DNA from: Phoronis australis
Lineage: Eukaryota; Animalia; Phoronida
NCBI GenBank assembly: GCA_002633005.1
Contig: NMRA01000712.1
Location: 64,989 to 128,988 of the forward strand
Reading direction: 5' to 3'
Length of the DNA stretch: 64,000 bases
Under the pieces are notes generated by a model. It ran no database searches. It saw only the letters and a program-made list of their open reading frames with translations, and had not been told where the DNA came from. Positions 1 to 13,623 of the stretch are shown piece after piece (position 1 is the stretch's first letter; each line of letters begins with the position of its first letter). The translations under genes and the position numbers were made by a program.

Positions 1-271
1 CCCCTTAGAATCGGGAAGTAGGATTCGCATTGTGGGCATATCTTCCAGAGGGGTTTTGAACTATTAACGAAACAGTAATAGTGCACTTAAAAAGGCAAAC
101 ATTCAAACTTAATTGTAATAGGGGAGGATGAGAAAGCAGTGGTCACGAACAGGGGTGAAATCGGTAGCGAGGCGAGAATTCTTGACTTCGTTAGCTGCCT
201 CTAATAATGTTTACATTCCAACAATCTAAATTTTTCAAATTAATTATTCTCAGTTGATTTATATTTTGTAG

Positions 272-323
272 AAGGTAACAGAATCACCGTCAACCCCGAC
301 ACCAAAGCAATGCCTTGCTGTAA
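272..323 (+). pseudogene. Degenerate partial duplicate of the 348-434 exon (pseudo-exon)
   Basis: TTTTGTAG|AAGGTAACAGAATCACCGTCAACCCCGAC repeats the acceptor and first codons of the exon 76 bp downstream, then loses frame and hits a stop. Confidence 0.6.
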
Positions 324-347
324 TTTGAATTGATTTCTGTTTTGTAG

Positions 348-3300
348 AAGGTAACGCCATCACCGTTAACCCCGACTGCAAAAACAATATCTTACTGGAA
401 TCTATCAAGTACAGATGCGGCCTCGATGAGGACGGTATGTCAATTAGTTTCACGAAATGATGCAGAAGTGCATTTTTGTAAAAATGTTACGAATTGGGCG
501 AACAAACCATCTCGAATACCAAGAAGCAGATTGAATTTGCGTTCAAGCTCGGTCAGAGTGATGGTAAATCTTGTGTTTTATGGAAAGTGGTTCATTGTAG
601 TGTTTCAGAGTGGGTATAGAACCTCGTAAGATAGAACGTCGTATGTATGTATGAGGAAAATAAATTAAGCTATTCAAAGCGATATGAGACGTACTATGAT
701 AAAACTCATCGAGTATATGAGACTGGAGTTTGTTTTTTTTTATCATGCAGAACTTGTGGATTTGTCGGATGAAAGCGGTAGCGTGAAACAACTGCACTTG
801 AACCTTTTGGATTATGGGACATCTTACTTCGAAGACAGAGAAACGACGATTCTCCTAAGAGTTGAAAGTAAGATCTGCATTTCCCCAAAAGATGAGATAT
901 TTTATTGCAAGTTGATCAGTGCGAATTTGAAGTCGCAAAGTTTTTAACACAACAAGTTATTGAAATACTGACCAATAAAAAAGAGATTATTGAAAAATGT
1001 CATTTTGAAACACTGAGGTCCAACAAACTCTCGGCGAAATTTGTAAAATACTTCTTTGAGAGCATAACATAGTAAGGATACGCGTAACTCTAAAAGTGAA
1101 TGTACCTTCTGTTTTTAGCTTCTAATTTCCAAGAAATTGAGGAAATTAATACAATTTTGAGAAAAAGTAGCGCAGCTTCACGGTTTCATAAATATGAGTT
1201 ACGCTCGAAATCTTTTAATTTTTAGGAGGACTATGTAGGGGTTTCAATAGTACACAATTGGTATAAAGATTAATTGAATATGAGCTCGCGCTTGCGATGT
1301 TTAGTAAATTTTTATAAGATTGAGGCCCATTAAAAGTATTCTTAAATCCTACAAAAGGGAGACTTTCATTTTGATCATAGCCCAAGCAAAATGCTACACC
1401 CAAAGGTAATTTATTTCCATTCTCAAACACAGCATTCATTGCAACAAGTGGTGTCAGAAGGTCACCATTTTGCCAGGCAAGGATGACCAACATGTTAAAA
1501 ATTGAGTCAATAGCAGGTGACATTGAATTCCTGTTGACATGGCACGGGAAATTCCGTGCCAAGCTCGGTGACGGAGAAGTTCTTGATCTCAATGTTTAGG
1601 TCGTAATTAGGAATGAAAGACGTCTTTAACATTTTCTACTATAGCCTGATCGTCCTGATCAATTACGGACAATCCATTTATACCTTATGTCTATAAACTC
1701 GCCTTCCGTCCAAAAAGCGAACATTTGATTTAGACTACCTACATGTACCGCTATAAAATTGGTCTCAACTTGTTCCTTACTCCTATGAAGTGAATCTGGA
1801 TTTGCAAACAAGTGACATTTCGTTTATCCTTGAGGCAAGTTGCTCGACGCATAACATGACACACCGCAATGAGCCGAATTGTAAACCGTTGTCTCATTCA
1901 ATCAATAACTAAATGTCGGTCCTTTCGAAGACCTGAAAACATCCTCAAATGAATTGACTATGAATAATTTGAAACCAATTTCATAAAGACAAGTGGTCTA
2001 AACCAAAAGTTATTTTTGTGATGGAGTAGGTTGTTTTTTCCCTCAAACCATTTTCTCTCAACGCAGAACAAAAATACATCAAACTGATTGAAACTTTCTA
2101 CGGAGCACTTAAGATACCCGAATTATGTCAACTTTATCGATCTCACAGAACTTAGGAGCAAAAACAAAATACACTTACCTTCAAGAGTAGTTTACCTAAC
2201 AATCCTATGTTAATAATTAACATTCAGTAACGTTTAGTTTGTGAGAAGGTATAAAACAAAGCACGTCAAATTAAGCTAAAGATGCTCGCAGTTTAAAACT
2301 GAATGGTTTAAGCTCGTGACTATATTTCAAGCTGTGCTGAAGGCCCCCCTTAAATGTGTCGTCGTTTTTTTCAGAAACTGAAGAGGGTGGATCTGACGAC
2401 AGCTTATATACACCGTTACTTCATGGGTTGGAGGACGATAGTGCATTTTTAGGTAAAACGGGTCACGTCACCTGTAGGCTACATCACGTGATCTTATGAA
2501 TAAAAGTCTGAAAACTGAAAGATTTCTGCTCCAACCAAGACTCGAACCCCGGTCCGGAACTTCTGCTAACCGTGCAGATTTACATAATCATATTTTTATT
2601 TCCTAACCCTACCAACACTCCTCTGGAGCAGTTAATTAAGGCAGGCAAACGTTTTTTTTTTTCAATTTGTAACTTCGGACGCCTTCATTTTTGTTGCAAA
2701 AGCTATTCCTTTCTGTATGTAATAGGTCACGTGATGTGACCAACACATGGCGTGAAAGAAAACTAATAATTCTTACTTACTCGTTTCTATAATTAAAAAC
2801 AAATTTGTCTGATTACATTGTATAATCTTTTGAGTCACAGTTGGTCGCAGGAGGGGAAACAATTTAAAAATTAATTTTAATCTTATCATATGTTAAGCTC
2901 CCCAACAGTTAATAAGTCAAATTAAGCTATTTTGTTCGCGATTGCGCGCATGAGTGTCGAGCTATTTGGATAGTACTTTTTACAGTACACTAAGGGACAC
3001 TTTAAAAATGAACGTTCTTTCTAAGCAATTTGTAATTTTTGTCTTTGGTTTCGTAACAACTATAAATCTTAAAATTATATAACCACTCACTTTTATAATT
3101 AGTGCAACAACCGTAAGTAATCACTGATGTATCAATATTGACAAACTTTACGCTCTATTACAGCAATTACTACACTGACTCCGTGAATAGAAAGCAAAAA
3201 TGTATCACCCGAGTCCTGAACCTTGTACGGCATTGCGTTAACTGTTTTATCTATATTACAGGTAAATTGAACCCTAAGCAGTTTTCCAAGTACAGGAAAT

Positions 3301-3392
3301 CAGATCTCAAAGGGAACAGGAAGTTCATATTTAAAAACAGACAAACACCCAAGAAATCCTCACCGAAAACTACAACTGTTTCCAAGAAATGA
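348..3392 (+). CDS. CXorf65/C22orf15-like uncharacterized protein, 5'-partial (first coding exon upstream of window)
   Basis: Four GT-AG exons in consistent phase 1: 348-434 (EGNAITVNPDCKNNILLESIKYRCGLDED), 751-867 (ELVDLSDESGSVKQLHLNLLDYGTSYFEDRETTILLRVE), 2375-2452 (KTEEGGSDDSLYTPLLHGLEDDSAFL), 3262-3392 (GKLNPKQ...SKK*). The NPxC...IK, DLxDExG, YxPLL motifs and basic tail resemble the CXorf65/C22orf15 family. Confidence 0.75.
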
Positions 3393-5858
3393 CATAACGA
3401 AAAGTAGTTTCCACGAAATAAGAAGGAACAGTTTAAAAACAAGCGCTAAGGATCGGTGAATGGTGGTTACTTACTCCAGTGTTGAACAATGCTTGACTGA
3501 AACTATTGTAAGGAACCAAGGACTTCATATTTGCCGAGGAGATAATTAATTAAGTTAATTAATTATGTTTTCTACAAAGAGAAACACGAATAAATTACGA
3601 ATGCGCCAAAGAGAAAGGAATCGGCTACATAATAATATCGCTTTTCTGTGCTTCCCAACAGTTTAACACAGTCGCCAAGGATAGGCAAAGAGAAATGGGT
3701 AGCCGACCTTGTGTTTTAACAGGGAAAACGAGTTGAAATCAAATTTAAGCTGCATTTCGCTGTTTTAGCTGGCTGCAAAACGAAAATCAAATTAGGCCCT
3801 TTACTCTCATAAAATCGTCCTCGTAATACCCCTTACCGTGATAGGATTCCATTTCCCTTGCCAACTCAAAGTCACAGGCAATGCGAACATAGCCCGTTCT
3901 CGAATTCGTAATTTCATGGTTGACCAACCGGGAGCCCAATTGTTGTTGGTTTGGATGTTCATGTTGGTAACAGAACTAAAATTCCATCACGGCAATTGAA
4001 TGCCATGAGACCAAGATTATGAGAATGAAAAGCCAAATTCAATTTTCGTTTTCACCAAGGCGAAATACTGCTTCAAAATTCTGTAACTTGCTCCCTAAAT
4101 TTGAGCTGAGATCCTATTCTCTATGCATATTTATACTTGGTTGTTGAACCCTTTCAACTCCAGAACCGTGAACTGCGCAGAAAGCAATAAAACGAGACCA
4201 ATGAGATAATTCTGTAAAAAAGATATATTATGTATTTGTATTTTAAATATATGATACAATATTATGTGCATACGAGAAGATGTCATTCATAGGGACACTC
4301 AAGATGTTCTGACACGAGTCTGGTTGGTAGAACACCAGAAATAGGGTTCATTTACACTTATCTAGAAACTTGCAAAAGGTACTTTTCTCACTGAAAAAAT
4401 GCGGTCAAAGTAGGTACCACCATAAAATCTGACCAATTTTAGAGAAAAAATAATTACCCTGCTTTAGTTTTAACAACTAACATTGTCACAATGGTTACAA
4501 TATTTTTCAAAATGTTGTCTTGTGGTAGCAATGATACATAACCTTGAAAATGATGAAACATTTATTTGATGTCTTTTACAAAAAAATAAGAAATAAAATC
4601 TTACTTCTCTCCCATATTGTGTCCTGAATTAGTGAGAATTTTACCTAAATGTTAAACACTTCCACTTAACCTTTGACCTCGAGCAAAGACTAAAGGTCAG
4701 TCCATAATGCAAAAAGGCCAGTTAGACTAAACCCTGGCCTTTTAAAGTGTGCAAAGACTTGAATGCCATCAGAGAGGCAAGTTTATAGAGAACACACAAG
4801 TCTACATAAAATATAGACAAGCACTAAAAACGTTATTTGCTGCACTCCAGAGGTCGGAGGTAAAATTCTATGATCCTTTACTTTCAGGATGCAATTCGTT
4901 ATCTCACGAAACTGTCAGGCATGTACAAATTTGTAAAGACAAAATTTATAATCAAAACCATTTAAGTTAATTCTCTTTACAAAGCCTCTTTTAAAAGGGA
5001 ACTGCTTGAAGACTTAGCTAACCCGACTCCACTAACAAAAGCTGTGACACTATCTAATGAATGTATTCATCTGCCAAAGAAACTAAATCTTGCAGCAAAC
5101 CCAGTCCAATACTATCTTGTCAACAAGCACACAACAGCATACTCCCCTGAAGATAATACAGTTAAGGCTATGCAGAATCTTGTCCACAATGTTGTTTTTA
5201 GCTAAATATCTGCAAAGCTATAAATTTTAACTATAAGTAAAAGTTTATAGTTTCTGAAAGCAGAAATCCAGCAGAATTTGATTTTTAACTTGACTGATTC
5301 CAATGTGCCAATAATTGGGTAATCTGACCACCCCTTTTTAGTAAAATTAGCCAAAAAAGAAAGGTACATTGTAGCAAAAGAATGGTATCATTAATGCGCC
5401 CAAAGTTTGTTTGATATTAATATTCAAGATGAAATTTCAAAAACAATTTTCGAAATTATCACGTCAGTTTCGTTTTGTGCAACTTTCGATTTTTATGAGA
5501 AAATCAAAGTCCTTTTTTGTTAACCCTCATGCAAAAGTGGAACATTTTAAAAAGAATTACGGACAATGTCGTTTTGGAGAACAGTGCATACAGCATATTA
5601 TCTGAAAGTTTCACACGAATCCAATTAGCCATTTCTGAGGTATGACGTTCCGGAGTTTGCCAAATTTGGACACTTTTCTAGAGACCTACATGACCTTAAC
5701 CCAACCTTGCACTAACATCACACCAAAGTCTCTTGCTACTGGATTGCAATAAGTTCCAAAAGACAAGAGACCTTTTTGCTTTCTAACACACATTAAAGCT
5801 GCAATAAACCATCTTTTAAAAATCAATTTTTGATCTAGAGCGCTTACTGTGATAAAAC

Positions 5859-5912
5859 TAGTCTCAAATGAGTCTTAAATTAGTCTCAAACGAGTCTTAA
5901 ATTAGTCTCAAA
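5859..5912. repeat. 22-bp tandem repeat (~2.5 copies)
   Basis: TAGTCTCAAA(T/C)GAGTCTTAAAT repeated. Confidence 0.8.
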
Positions 5913-6306
5913 CTCGTAACCAGTTTCAAATTGTTCCTTGCTCAGGTAAGACGTACTTCATGGGGACTGTTTCATGTAAAGTGACTAAAGACTCGAGTTA
6001 GAAATTTGGCCTTATGCTCCACACAACTATTCCTGAAAAATTTTATAAAATCTCACTCGAGCAAAGGTGGAAAATCCGTCAGAATATACACATAACTGCT
6101 ATTACTGAGAGAATTTCCATCAATTATTTCTAGACATAATTACTCGGCTAAGACTTTTTTCAGCAATTGTGAAGCAGGAGTGCAAGACTAAATTTCTGCC
6201 TTAAGTCACAAGTAAATTCCATGGAACAGACCGAGGGCATGAAGAGAACATACAACAGTTCATTACTGCTGAAGACCAGGCTCAAGCCACCTTGACCTGA
6301 CTGATC

Positions 6307-6463
6307 ATTTTATGTGCCGTGCATGGTCTGAAGCCATAACCAACTGTCAGTAATTCTTATTTTATGTGCCGTGCATGGTCTGAAGCCATAACCAACTGTC
6401 AGTAATTCTTATTTTATGTGCCGTGCATGGTCTGAAGCCTTAACCAACTGTCAGTAATTCTTA
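6307..6463. repeat. ~52-bp minisatellite, 3 copies
   Basis: TTTTATGTGCCGTGCATGGTCTGAAGCCATAACCAACTGTCAGTAATTCTTA x3, nearly identical. Confidence 0.95.
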
Positions 6464-6976
6464 ATCCCAGACATCTCTTTCACTTTCCATACATGGTCCA
6501 ACATTTATCATCTCACTGCAACAGCAGTCACAAAAGATGTTGATAAATTCTCTATGAAAACAATCTTACATCCCGTTTCTCAACAGCGCAATGGATTCTG
6601 ACTTTTGACTGTTATCAAAGCTGGGAAATCAAGCTTTTAAATTCAAACCGTACATTCCGATAAACAGAATCAGGTCACAAAATTAAAATTCGCTGCAAAG
6701 TGTACTCGGACAAATGCCAAAAAATCAGAAAAATAAAACAAATTAAATGTACAAAACCTACTTGGAAACAGATTTCTAGATTAGGACGGAGTTTAAGGTG
6801 AAAAAGCAGGTGCGCTTGCCAGAAAGACACATGACAAAACCTGGTCATGATGATCACAACGCATCCCCATTCTATGACATGGTTGTATCTAAAGATTGAC
6901 TTTTCTTAAAGGCGCCATCTGCAGGCAATGCAATAGATTTATTCCTGTAAAACACTATCCTGGAAATCACCCTTCA

Positions 6977-9243
6977 TCAGCATTCTATTCCAAACTTGTT
7001 GAAGTTTCTCATGATCAGACCAAGACTGAGATGCACCTTTCCCATGGCCACCGTCTGCAGGTGGTACCTGTCCGCACCACTATACACCATGTCTGTATTT
7101 ATCAACTGGGGTCCACCGCCAAGAAAGTGCTGGGCAATCTGCTCGCGCATTGTGCCCGATGGTCGCCACGTGGGACAGACAACATCATGTATCCCCGGGC
7201 TGGTGGGCAAGTGGCAAAACCCGTAGCCGTACAGTTCATTCCTGCCAAACGAGTCCTGGTGCCAGACTTGTAAGTGAATTTTTGGCCAACCTGAAAAGGG
7301 ATTTTTTGAGAACATAAATTAGTGAGCATGCACACTAGCTGTATTGGGACAGTGTATAAATTGTAGATTTTTTTCACCAATAGCACAGACAGGCTGTAAT
7401 TTCAACCCTTGGGCACATCAAATAGTATAAGATCTTCCCAACACTCAGCTGTTCACGACTAGGAAAACATTTTTCCCCAGCTACTGTGTTTGGATATGAA
7501 ATAAGATACCAAAGTTGTTATTGTTTGCAAACATCAAATTATTCATAAGTTCAAAACACATGCTTTCTGATGATGCCAGTCAACACATTTTACTCGATGA
7601 TCGCACATTTTCCAATATTGTGGGCACCTTGACCGCTTGATTTTGCCGATCAAAGTTGAACTATGTTGTGGTACTCTTAATTTGCTTCTTAATATTCCAC
7701 AAATTTACAGGAAAGGAATTTAATTCACTTTTTGTCAACTGCCTTACCTTGTAGCCCTTTGGTTGCAAAGTGAAGGTCTATAGGATGGGACCAACAGGCA
7801 TAATCTTCATTCTGTGGATTGTCTACTTGAGTCTGACCTTCACGCAATCCAGCTAACACTTTCCAGGCACTCCCTGAAAAAAATACAACAATCAGTAAAT
7901 TATTTATGATTATGATAATAATCAAATCAGATAGTCTGTTTATTTCACCTAAAAGTCAGTACATAGAATAAAACACGTGCACGCTCCGAAATCAAAGCCA
8001 TATGCAGGCAGAGGTATGGTTGAGATAACAATGGATATTGAACCAGATCACAGTTATAAGCTTCATATACAGAAAATTAACATTCATACACAATTATTTT
8101 CACTAAGTGACACAAATGAGGCGAAAGAGGCAATAAACCCATCCCTTCTGTCAAAAAACAACTCTTTATTTAAGCCACTTACTGTTGCTGATCTCGTCTT
8201 AGACCCAACTCCCATTAAGTTGCTTGTCATGGTGGTTAGTTTCAATTGGCAAGACAGTATTGCCGGCGGTTGATTGTACCCAATTTCAATTTAAACAAAC
8301 GATACGAATGCAATGATATATTGCTTTTGAAGAGAAGACATGCCTCAGAAGAAAATTGTGTACGTCACAGCTTTTTAAAAATGTTAGTGATTAATGTAGT
8401 CTGGAACATTATAGAACTTAGTATAGTAACGTTTGTAGAATGATTGGGTAGATTCCGAAAAGTTCTAGAATGTGCTTTATTTGCTGAAAAGCTCCAGCAA
8501 AATTGTAAGACTACAAATACCGGGTACAGTTTAGTGACAAGTCAGCTGAAGTCGAGTTCAGTTAGTGCTGAAAGTTAGCTAAATTCAGTTGAAGTCGAGT
8601 TGCGTTGAAGTTGGAAATACAGTTACAGAATCAGCACTTGCAGTGCTAGAGAACAGAGAGTCAGCTACAGACACAGTAGGTTATTGAATCAACGAGTGTA
8701 ACAGTTGCGAAGTGCCTCGGAAGTTCATCACAAGTCGAGGCTTCGCAGCACTGCCTGGAGCATAGAACAGACATCACGTCACATTTTTTCAGTAGGCTTA
8801 TGAATTTATGGTCAAGATTAATAAAGTGATTAACTTGAACCAGTCGTCAGTTCATCGTTGCACAGACAGCTATAAGCACCAGTCAGTAACAACCTGCGCT
8901 CACACATCCATAGGAAAAAAACATGACAAATACCACTTAATCTTAATACTAAGATTCTTCTTACTTATGGTCTCTACTACATTGAATACATGTGTTATAT
9001 ATTTAAAACTATTCAGTTTTCAAGTTCTTATCCTAAAAACAAAGTAAAGGTGCACAGTAAATAGCAGCAAAAAGATTTGATTGGTGATAAAATGTATCAA
9101 AAACCATTTTCTGTGGCAAAGAATAATGAGGAAACATTGCCCTGAACTAACTTACCAGTGTGAATCCCCCATTTACAAAACAGGCTGTGGTCAGGGAATC
9201 CACTGGCTCCCAGAATTTGTCCAATCACGTGAACCTCTGCCAT
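6977..9243 (-). CDS. B9D2: B9 domain-containing protein 2 (MKS ciliary transition-zone complex), 175 aa
   Basis: Exons 9243-9156 ([29 protein letters not shown]), 7873-7748 ([18 protein letters not shown]...[15 protein letters not shown]), 7290-6977 ([25 protein letters not shown]...FGIEC*). 528 nt, in frame, GT-AG; AATAAA at 6938-6943 (minus strand). Confidence 0.97.
8183..8891 (+). mobile_element. Possible solo LTR in a B9D2 intron
   Basis: Termini TGTTGCTGA...TCAGTAACA form an imperfect inverted repeat with TG..CA ends; internal TTCTAGAA, AGTT-rich short repeats, AATAAA near the 3' end. No clear target-site duplication (TSD). Confidence 0.35.
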
Positions 9244-9443
9244 GATGTATCAACTGCAAATATACACTGGCATACAGCACCATCTTTGGAGCACATTCCA
9301 AACTATCAACCACGGTCTGTTTTTGACCTTTCAATTTATTAATAATGCCGTTAACATTTGAAGACAGGCAAAGCACACATCTCAAAATGGAATTCAAAAC
9401 ATACATCAGTAAGAAATATTCATGAAATAGGACGTGAGACTAT

Positions 9444-9711
9444 CATGGGCGGAGCACCATAGGGGCTTTAGCCCCCCACTTTTTCAGTGCTGTGCTGCCC
9501 ATGAGTATCTGTGTATCCAGGGTTCTATGCATGTCCTAGGATACAAAATAATTATCCCGTTTTGAATCCTAGTTACATGGGCGGCGCACCATAGGGGGCT
9601 GCGGAAGCTATAGCCCTCACTTATTTCAGTGCTGGGCTGCCCATGGTCATGGGCGGCACACACCATAGGGGGCTGTAGCCCCCCACTTATTTCAGTGTTG
9701 CACCGGACATG
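9444..9711. mobile_element. Cluster of GC-rich MITE-like repeats (CATGGGCGGCGCACCATAGGGGGCT...CAGTGCTGCGCCGCCCATG family)
   Basis: Three units here; related copies at ~29590-29648, ~35523-35591, ~36886-37032, ~40733-40875, ~54222-54366, with terminal inverted CATGGGC/GCCCATG. Confidence 0.75.
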
Positions 9712-10204
9712 AGTTATCGTTGAAGAAAGTAATTTAGAGGAAGCAGGGGCAGATAGACCCCTTCCTCCAAATAGCTTTCTTTAGGGAACACAGAACCCTG
9801 CATATAATTAACTCTTTAGGGAAACAAGGAACCAAGGACCCATAAGGAATAGGGATGACCTCTAAGGCTTCTAACGTTGTTTTGAATGCCCTAAAACATT
9901 GCTTAATGGTACCGGGGTAATAGAACTTTAAACAATATTTTATTAAAACAAAAACCGAAACACCAAACTACTGCCAGGTGTTCAATCCCCAACCTAAACA
10001 TATTTGCACATCATGTAATTTAAAAAAGTTTCCACTTAACATTAAAATCATTTGACAGAAGAACATCATACAACTTTTGACTTTAGTTTGGGTCTTTAGT
10101 CTCAGTTCAAGTAGATTTCACATTGCGTCTAATTCTGGATATAGGTGCAGATTCATAATAGTATGTAGTTACATGGGTCAAAAATGTGTACATATACGGT
10201 GGAA

Positions 10205-10768
10205 GGATGCCCTTGCTGGTTCCCTGCGTGCTGCTAGGTGGTCAGTAGAAAGCACGCAGGTATCACTTAATATTCCTCTGGAAATTTTTTTACACCGGTG
10301 TTTCTGATTGGCTAGTCGAATTCTCAACAGGCAGTGCTTTACGCAAACAAACTGGCATGACTGATGGACTGAAGTGTAATTGTGGTGTGTTGTACAGACA
10401 AATTGGTACTTAAAATTTATGTTCAGGAAATGTGAATCTTAGAAATTTTGGTTGTGCCTTTTCGGAGTGCATCTTTCTATTGTCGATGACTATTGTTTAC
10501 GACACTGTCCTGTATTCATTCAGTATGAATAACACATCACTTAAATTAGCCAGATATGTGTTTATTGTTTATTGTACATGTATGTGCTTCCAGCATGCGG
10601 CTATTATACATCACTGCAGAAACGAAACAGTTGCATGACAAGGCTAAAAATCGTTCACAATCCGCCATTTTTCACAGTGTTGTAAAGCTAAACAATGACA
10701 GAGGTTACATCAACCAATGATAAAGTGCGTGCCACTGCAGCACGCAGAGAACCAGCGAGGAAGAATCC
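10205..10768. mobile_element. Non-autonomous DNA transposon with imperfect TIRs
   Basis: Left CTTGCTGGTTCCCTGCGTGCTGC matches the inverse of right GCAGCACGCAGAGAACCAGCGAG; the same motif recurs at ~40236-40313. Confidence 0.55.
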
Positions 10769-11094
10769 TCTGCCCTGATGGCTAATAGTTTGGAAAGGCC
10801 TCTGAGTTCATCATGGCATCATGCCATCATGCATATAGTCCTGTGGTATATCGCAGTGTGGCTGATTAAAGGTGCCTGTGGTTGACACCACGCACGTCCT
10901 TAGCTTCTTATCATCCCCAATAAACTATATATCAATATTATATATAGTGTATTGGGGACGATCAGAAGTTAAGCAAGGACGCCAGACGCCTGTGCTGTGG
11001 TTGACAAGGTGTCTAGCCAGCTGTCTACCTGGGTAATAAACGACCGATTCGCAAAACAGTTTTTCACAATAACAAAAATCTAAAAACGCCATGG

Positions 11095-11348
11095 TTTTAC
11101 CTCTCTACGAAGACATTGTTTAAATTTTTAAACCTTTCCAGCTACAGTTAATCTTCACGAACACTTTTTTTCAACAACGACAGCTTTCCAAATACGAGCT
11201 CAAAAAGTATTTACTAAATTTTGGTCGGAAATAGAAACTATCTACAGCCGCGTTTCGTTTCAGTGACTCACTGGAGAGAGCGCTGCTTACCAGCAAAGAG
11301 GTAGCCATTTTACACTCGACAGTGACCAGCAGTCACTTTTTGGTGAGT
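11095..11348. promoter_or_regulatory. Putative bidirectional promoter with non-coding first exons of B9D2 (-) and of the NDUFB1 transcript (+)
   Basis: Minus-strand donor GAG|GTAAAA at ~11100, plus-strand donor TTG|GTGAGT at 11343, YY1-like GCCATTTT at ~11304. Both genes' first coding exons begin at splice acceptors, so upstream UTR exons are required. Confidence 0.5.
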
Positions 11349-12303
11349 TTTATGTCCTTACAGATTTTTTGGTTCTCGTCTTCAGGTCATATTCAGTGGA
11401 GATGAAGGTGAAACCAACTAGACGTCTCATCACCTCAATAGATCATTTGCGAGTCTCTCAAGTGAGCAGGGAAATTGGGACAAAATCATCTCGTTGCATA
11501 ACTTCTCTCGTTCTCGTTCTCACTCTCAGACTAGGCACAGAAGAGTCGCAGACAGTTCCGAAGTTCTTATGGGGAACGTAAATAGAATCCTATTATGAAT
11601 GTTATGATACTAATTTTATGAGAGAAAATGGCCTAATACAATTTTTTTAGCTAAACAGCGAAACGCAGCTTTAGTTTAACATGTTACATTGTTACAATAA
11701 CTTGTGTCTGTGAGGCCAAGTAAATTGGTAATTGCATAACACATCTATTGCTTATTGGTAATGATAAGGATTGAATTTAACTTAATTGCAAAAGTAAAGG
11801 ATCAAGGAACATCAAAAGAACAAAATTTATTGCCAGGTCGGTAGCAGTTGGATACATGGGTCGTGATTTGAGATCCAGTGACTCCCAGTTACTCACTGAG
11901 TTACTGTTAGTAATTGCCAAATTGGGGCACTAGTCAGATATCAATGGACCCTGATTTAGAGAACTGGGCAATTACTGAAGTGAGTAACAGCTGTTATTTA
12001 GTGGATGAAACTGATTCTCTAAATCATAGTTCATTATATCTGAATAGTGTCGTGATTGGTTCTCTAATCAATTTTAAAACAGGGACCCACCTATCCGATT
12101 ATTACCAGAAGTCTGAATTCGTTGGGCTTTCTGGTTTTAAGTATATTTTCAGGAAAAGTTGTTGCTAGCTACCAGCTAGCATCGGTGTACGGCCCTATGA
12201 CTTTCGGTTGTTGCCTGATATAATAATAATTCAAGGCTGTATGAGCATTATCTTGCCCCCCAGAAAGTTGCCACTGAAGTGATTTTCGAGGCTTCGTAGA
12301 GTC

Positions 12304-13230
12304 TAGGCAATGACCATCGCCTCTGTTGGCCCGAACCAGAGGCGATGCAGAGGCTATAGGCGCTCTGTACGCCGGAAGCTTTTCGGCGAATTATGCCTCG
12401 CACCAACTAAACCGTCAAAGTCACGTTGTTATTAATACCTTTTGCGCATAGAGGAACACCTTAGGAGGTTGTCGATGTGTTTAATTCCTTCCAACTCGAA
12501 CAAATACTCCCGTTATGAAACTTTTTCTTCGAGCAGTCCTTATTTCAGTTCCCAAAATTGTGAAATCAACATTTTCTTTTTTTTAACCAGGCCGAAGGTC
12601 AGAAGTTGCGGACCTACCGGCAAACTTCGAAAGCTGAGGTTCCCGCCCTGCGTACGTGCTGCCGGGAACCAGCCATGCATTTGTCGTGTTGTTAGACATT
12701 AAAATGTCAAATATGTGCACAAAGACTATTAAATGTCATATCAACAGCATTTATTTTTATCAAATACAAACAACAATTCATTGAAATACAATCAGTTTCA
12801 AGTAACGCCAATTAAAGACAAGTATAAGTGGTGGCATTTTGGAAACGAACATTTGATTAATAAGACCGCAGTGGCTCACCTTTGGCCTATTTAAAGATTG
12901 AGGTCATGAAGTCACATCACCTAGCGAGCGCGGTAAAAATTGGAGCGTGCGTAGTATAAAAATGGTGAGTTCACGACTTTGGGATCTGAAATAGGGACTG
13001 CTCGAAGAAAAAGCTTCATAATGGGAGCATTTGTTCGAGTTGGAAGGAATTAAACACATCGACGACCTCCTCAGGTGTTCCTCTATGCGCAAAAGTTATT
13101 TATAACAACGTGACTCTGATGGTTTAGTCGGTGCGAGGCATAATTCGCTGAAAAGCTTCCGGCGTACAGAGCGCCTATAGCCTCTGCATCGCCTCTGGTT
13201 TGGGCCAACAGAGGCGATGGTCATTGCCTA
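12304..13230. mobile_element. Non-autonomous DNA transposon with ~270-bp TIRs and 9-bp TSD (MULE- or AcademH-like)
   Basis: Ends TAGGCAATGACCATCGCC...GGCGATGGTCATTGCCTA; perfect TSD CGTAGAGTC at 12295-12303 and 13231-13239. The two near-identical MRIEEHLRR ORFs on opposite strands reflect the TIRs. Confidence 0.92.
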
Positions 13231-13623
13231 CGTAGAGTCCAGTGGACTGTGGCCTACATGGTGATGTTTTTAAACCCCAAAGTACTTTGGTTAATATTTC
13301 AACATTCACAGCTAAACAGGGGTGAAATGCAGCTTTAAAAGTGTCTAACTGTGTGTGTTTAGAATACTAGTACTTTTCTCCTGGAACAACTAAAATACCT
13401 TAAGATCGATAGGTAACCTATAAAACGTTTGGTCTTCATAATACACTGAAAATCAGATTATTACTCCTTCAGGGATTTTAATGCTGCTGTGGTAAGAAAA
13501 AGCTTTCCCTGGCAGAAAGAAATACTACTCACTTTGAAAGTTACTGATTGCCTGTTCAGTCAATCATTACTCTAGCTTGTAATGATGTTGCTTATTTCAG
13601 ATTCTATGCTTATTTCAGATTCT

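Noticed and set aside
1215-1592. 125-aa minus-strand ORF in an intron of the first gene
   Set aside because: Non-ATG start, no recognisable motif and no supporting exon structure.
6307-6463. CRISPR-like regular repeat
   Set aside because: No unique spacers, eukaryotic context, no cas genes; it is a plain minisatellite.
6896-7273. Antisense ORFs over coding exons (also 51707-52168, 61541-61852, 30994-31294)
   Set aside because: They are shadow frames of real coding sequence.
12442-13092. Paired MRIEEHLRR ORFs on opposite strands (and a relative at 63533-63751)
   Set aside because: They are translations of transposon TIRs with non-ATG starts and no recognisable domain.
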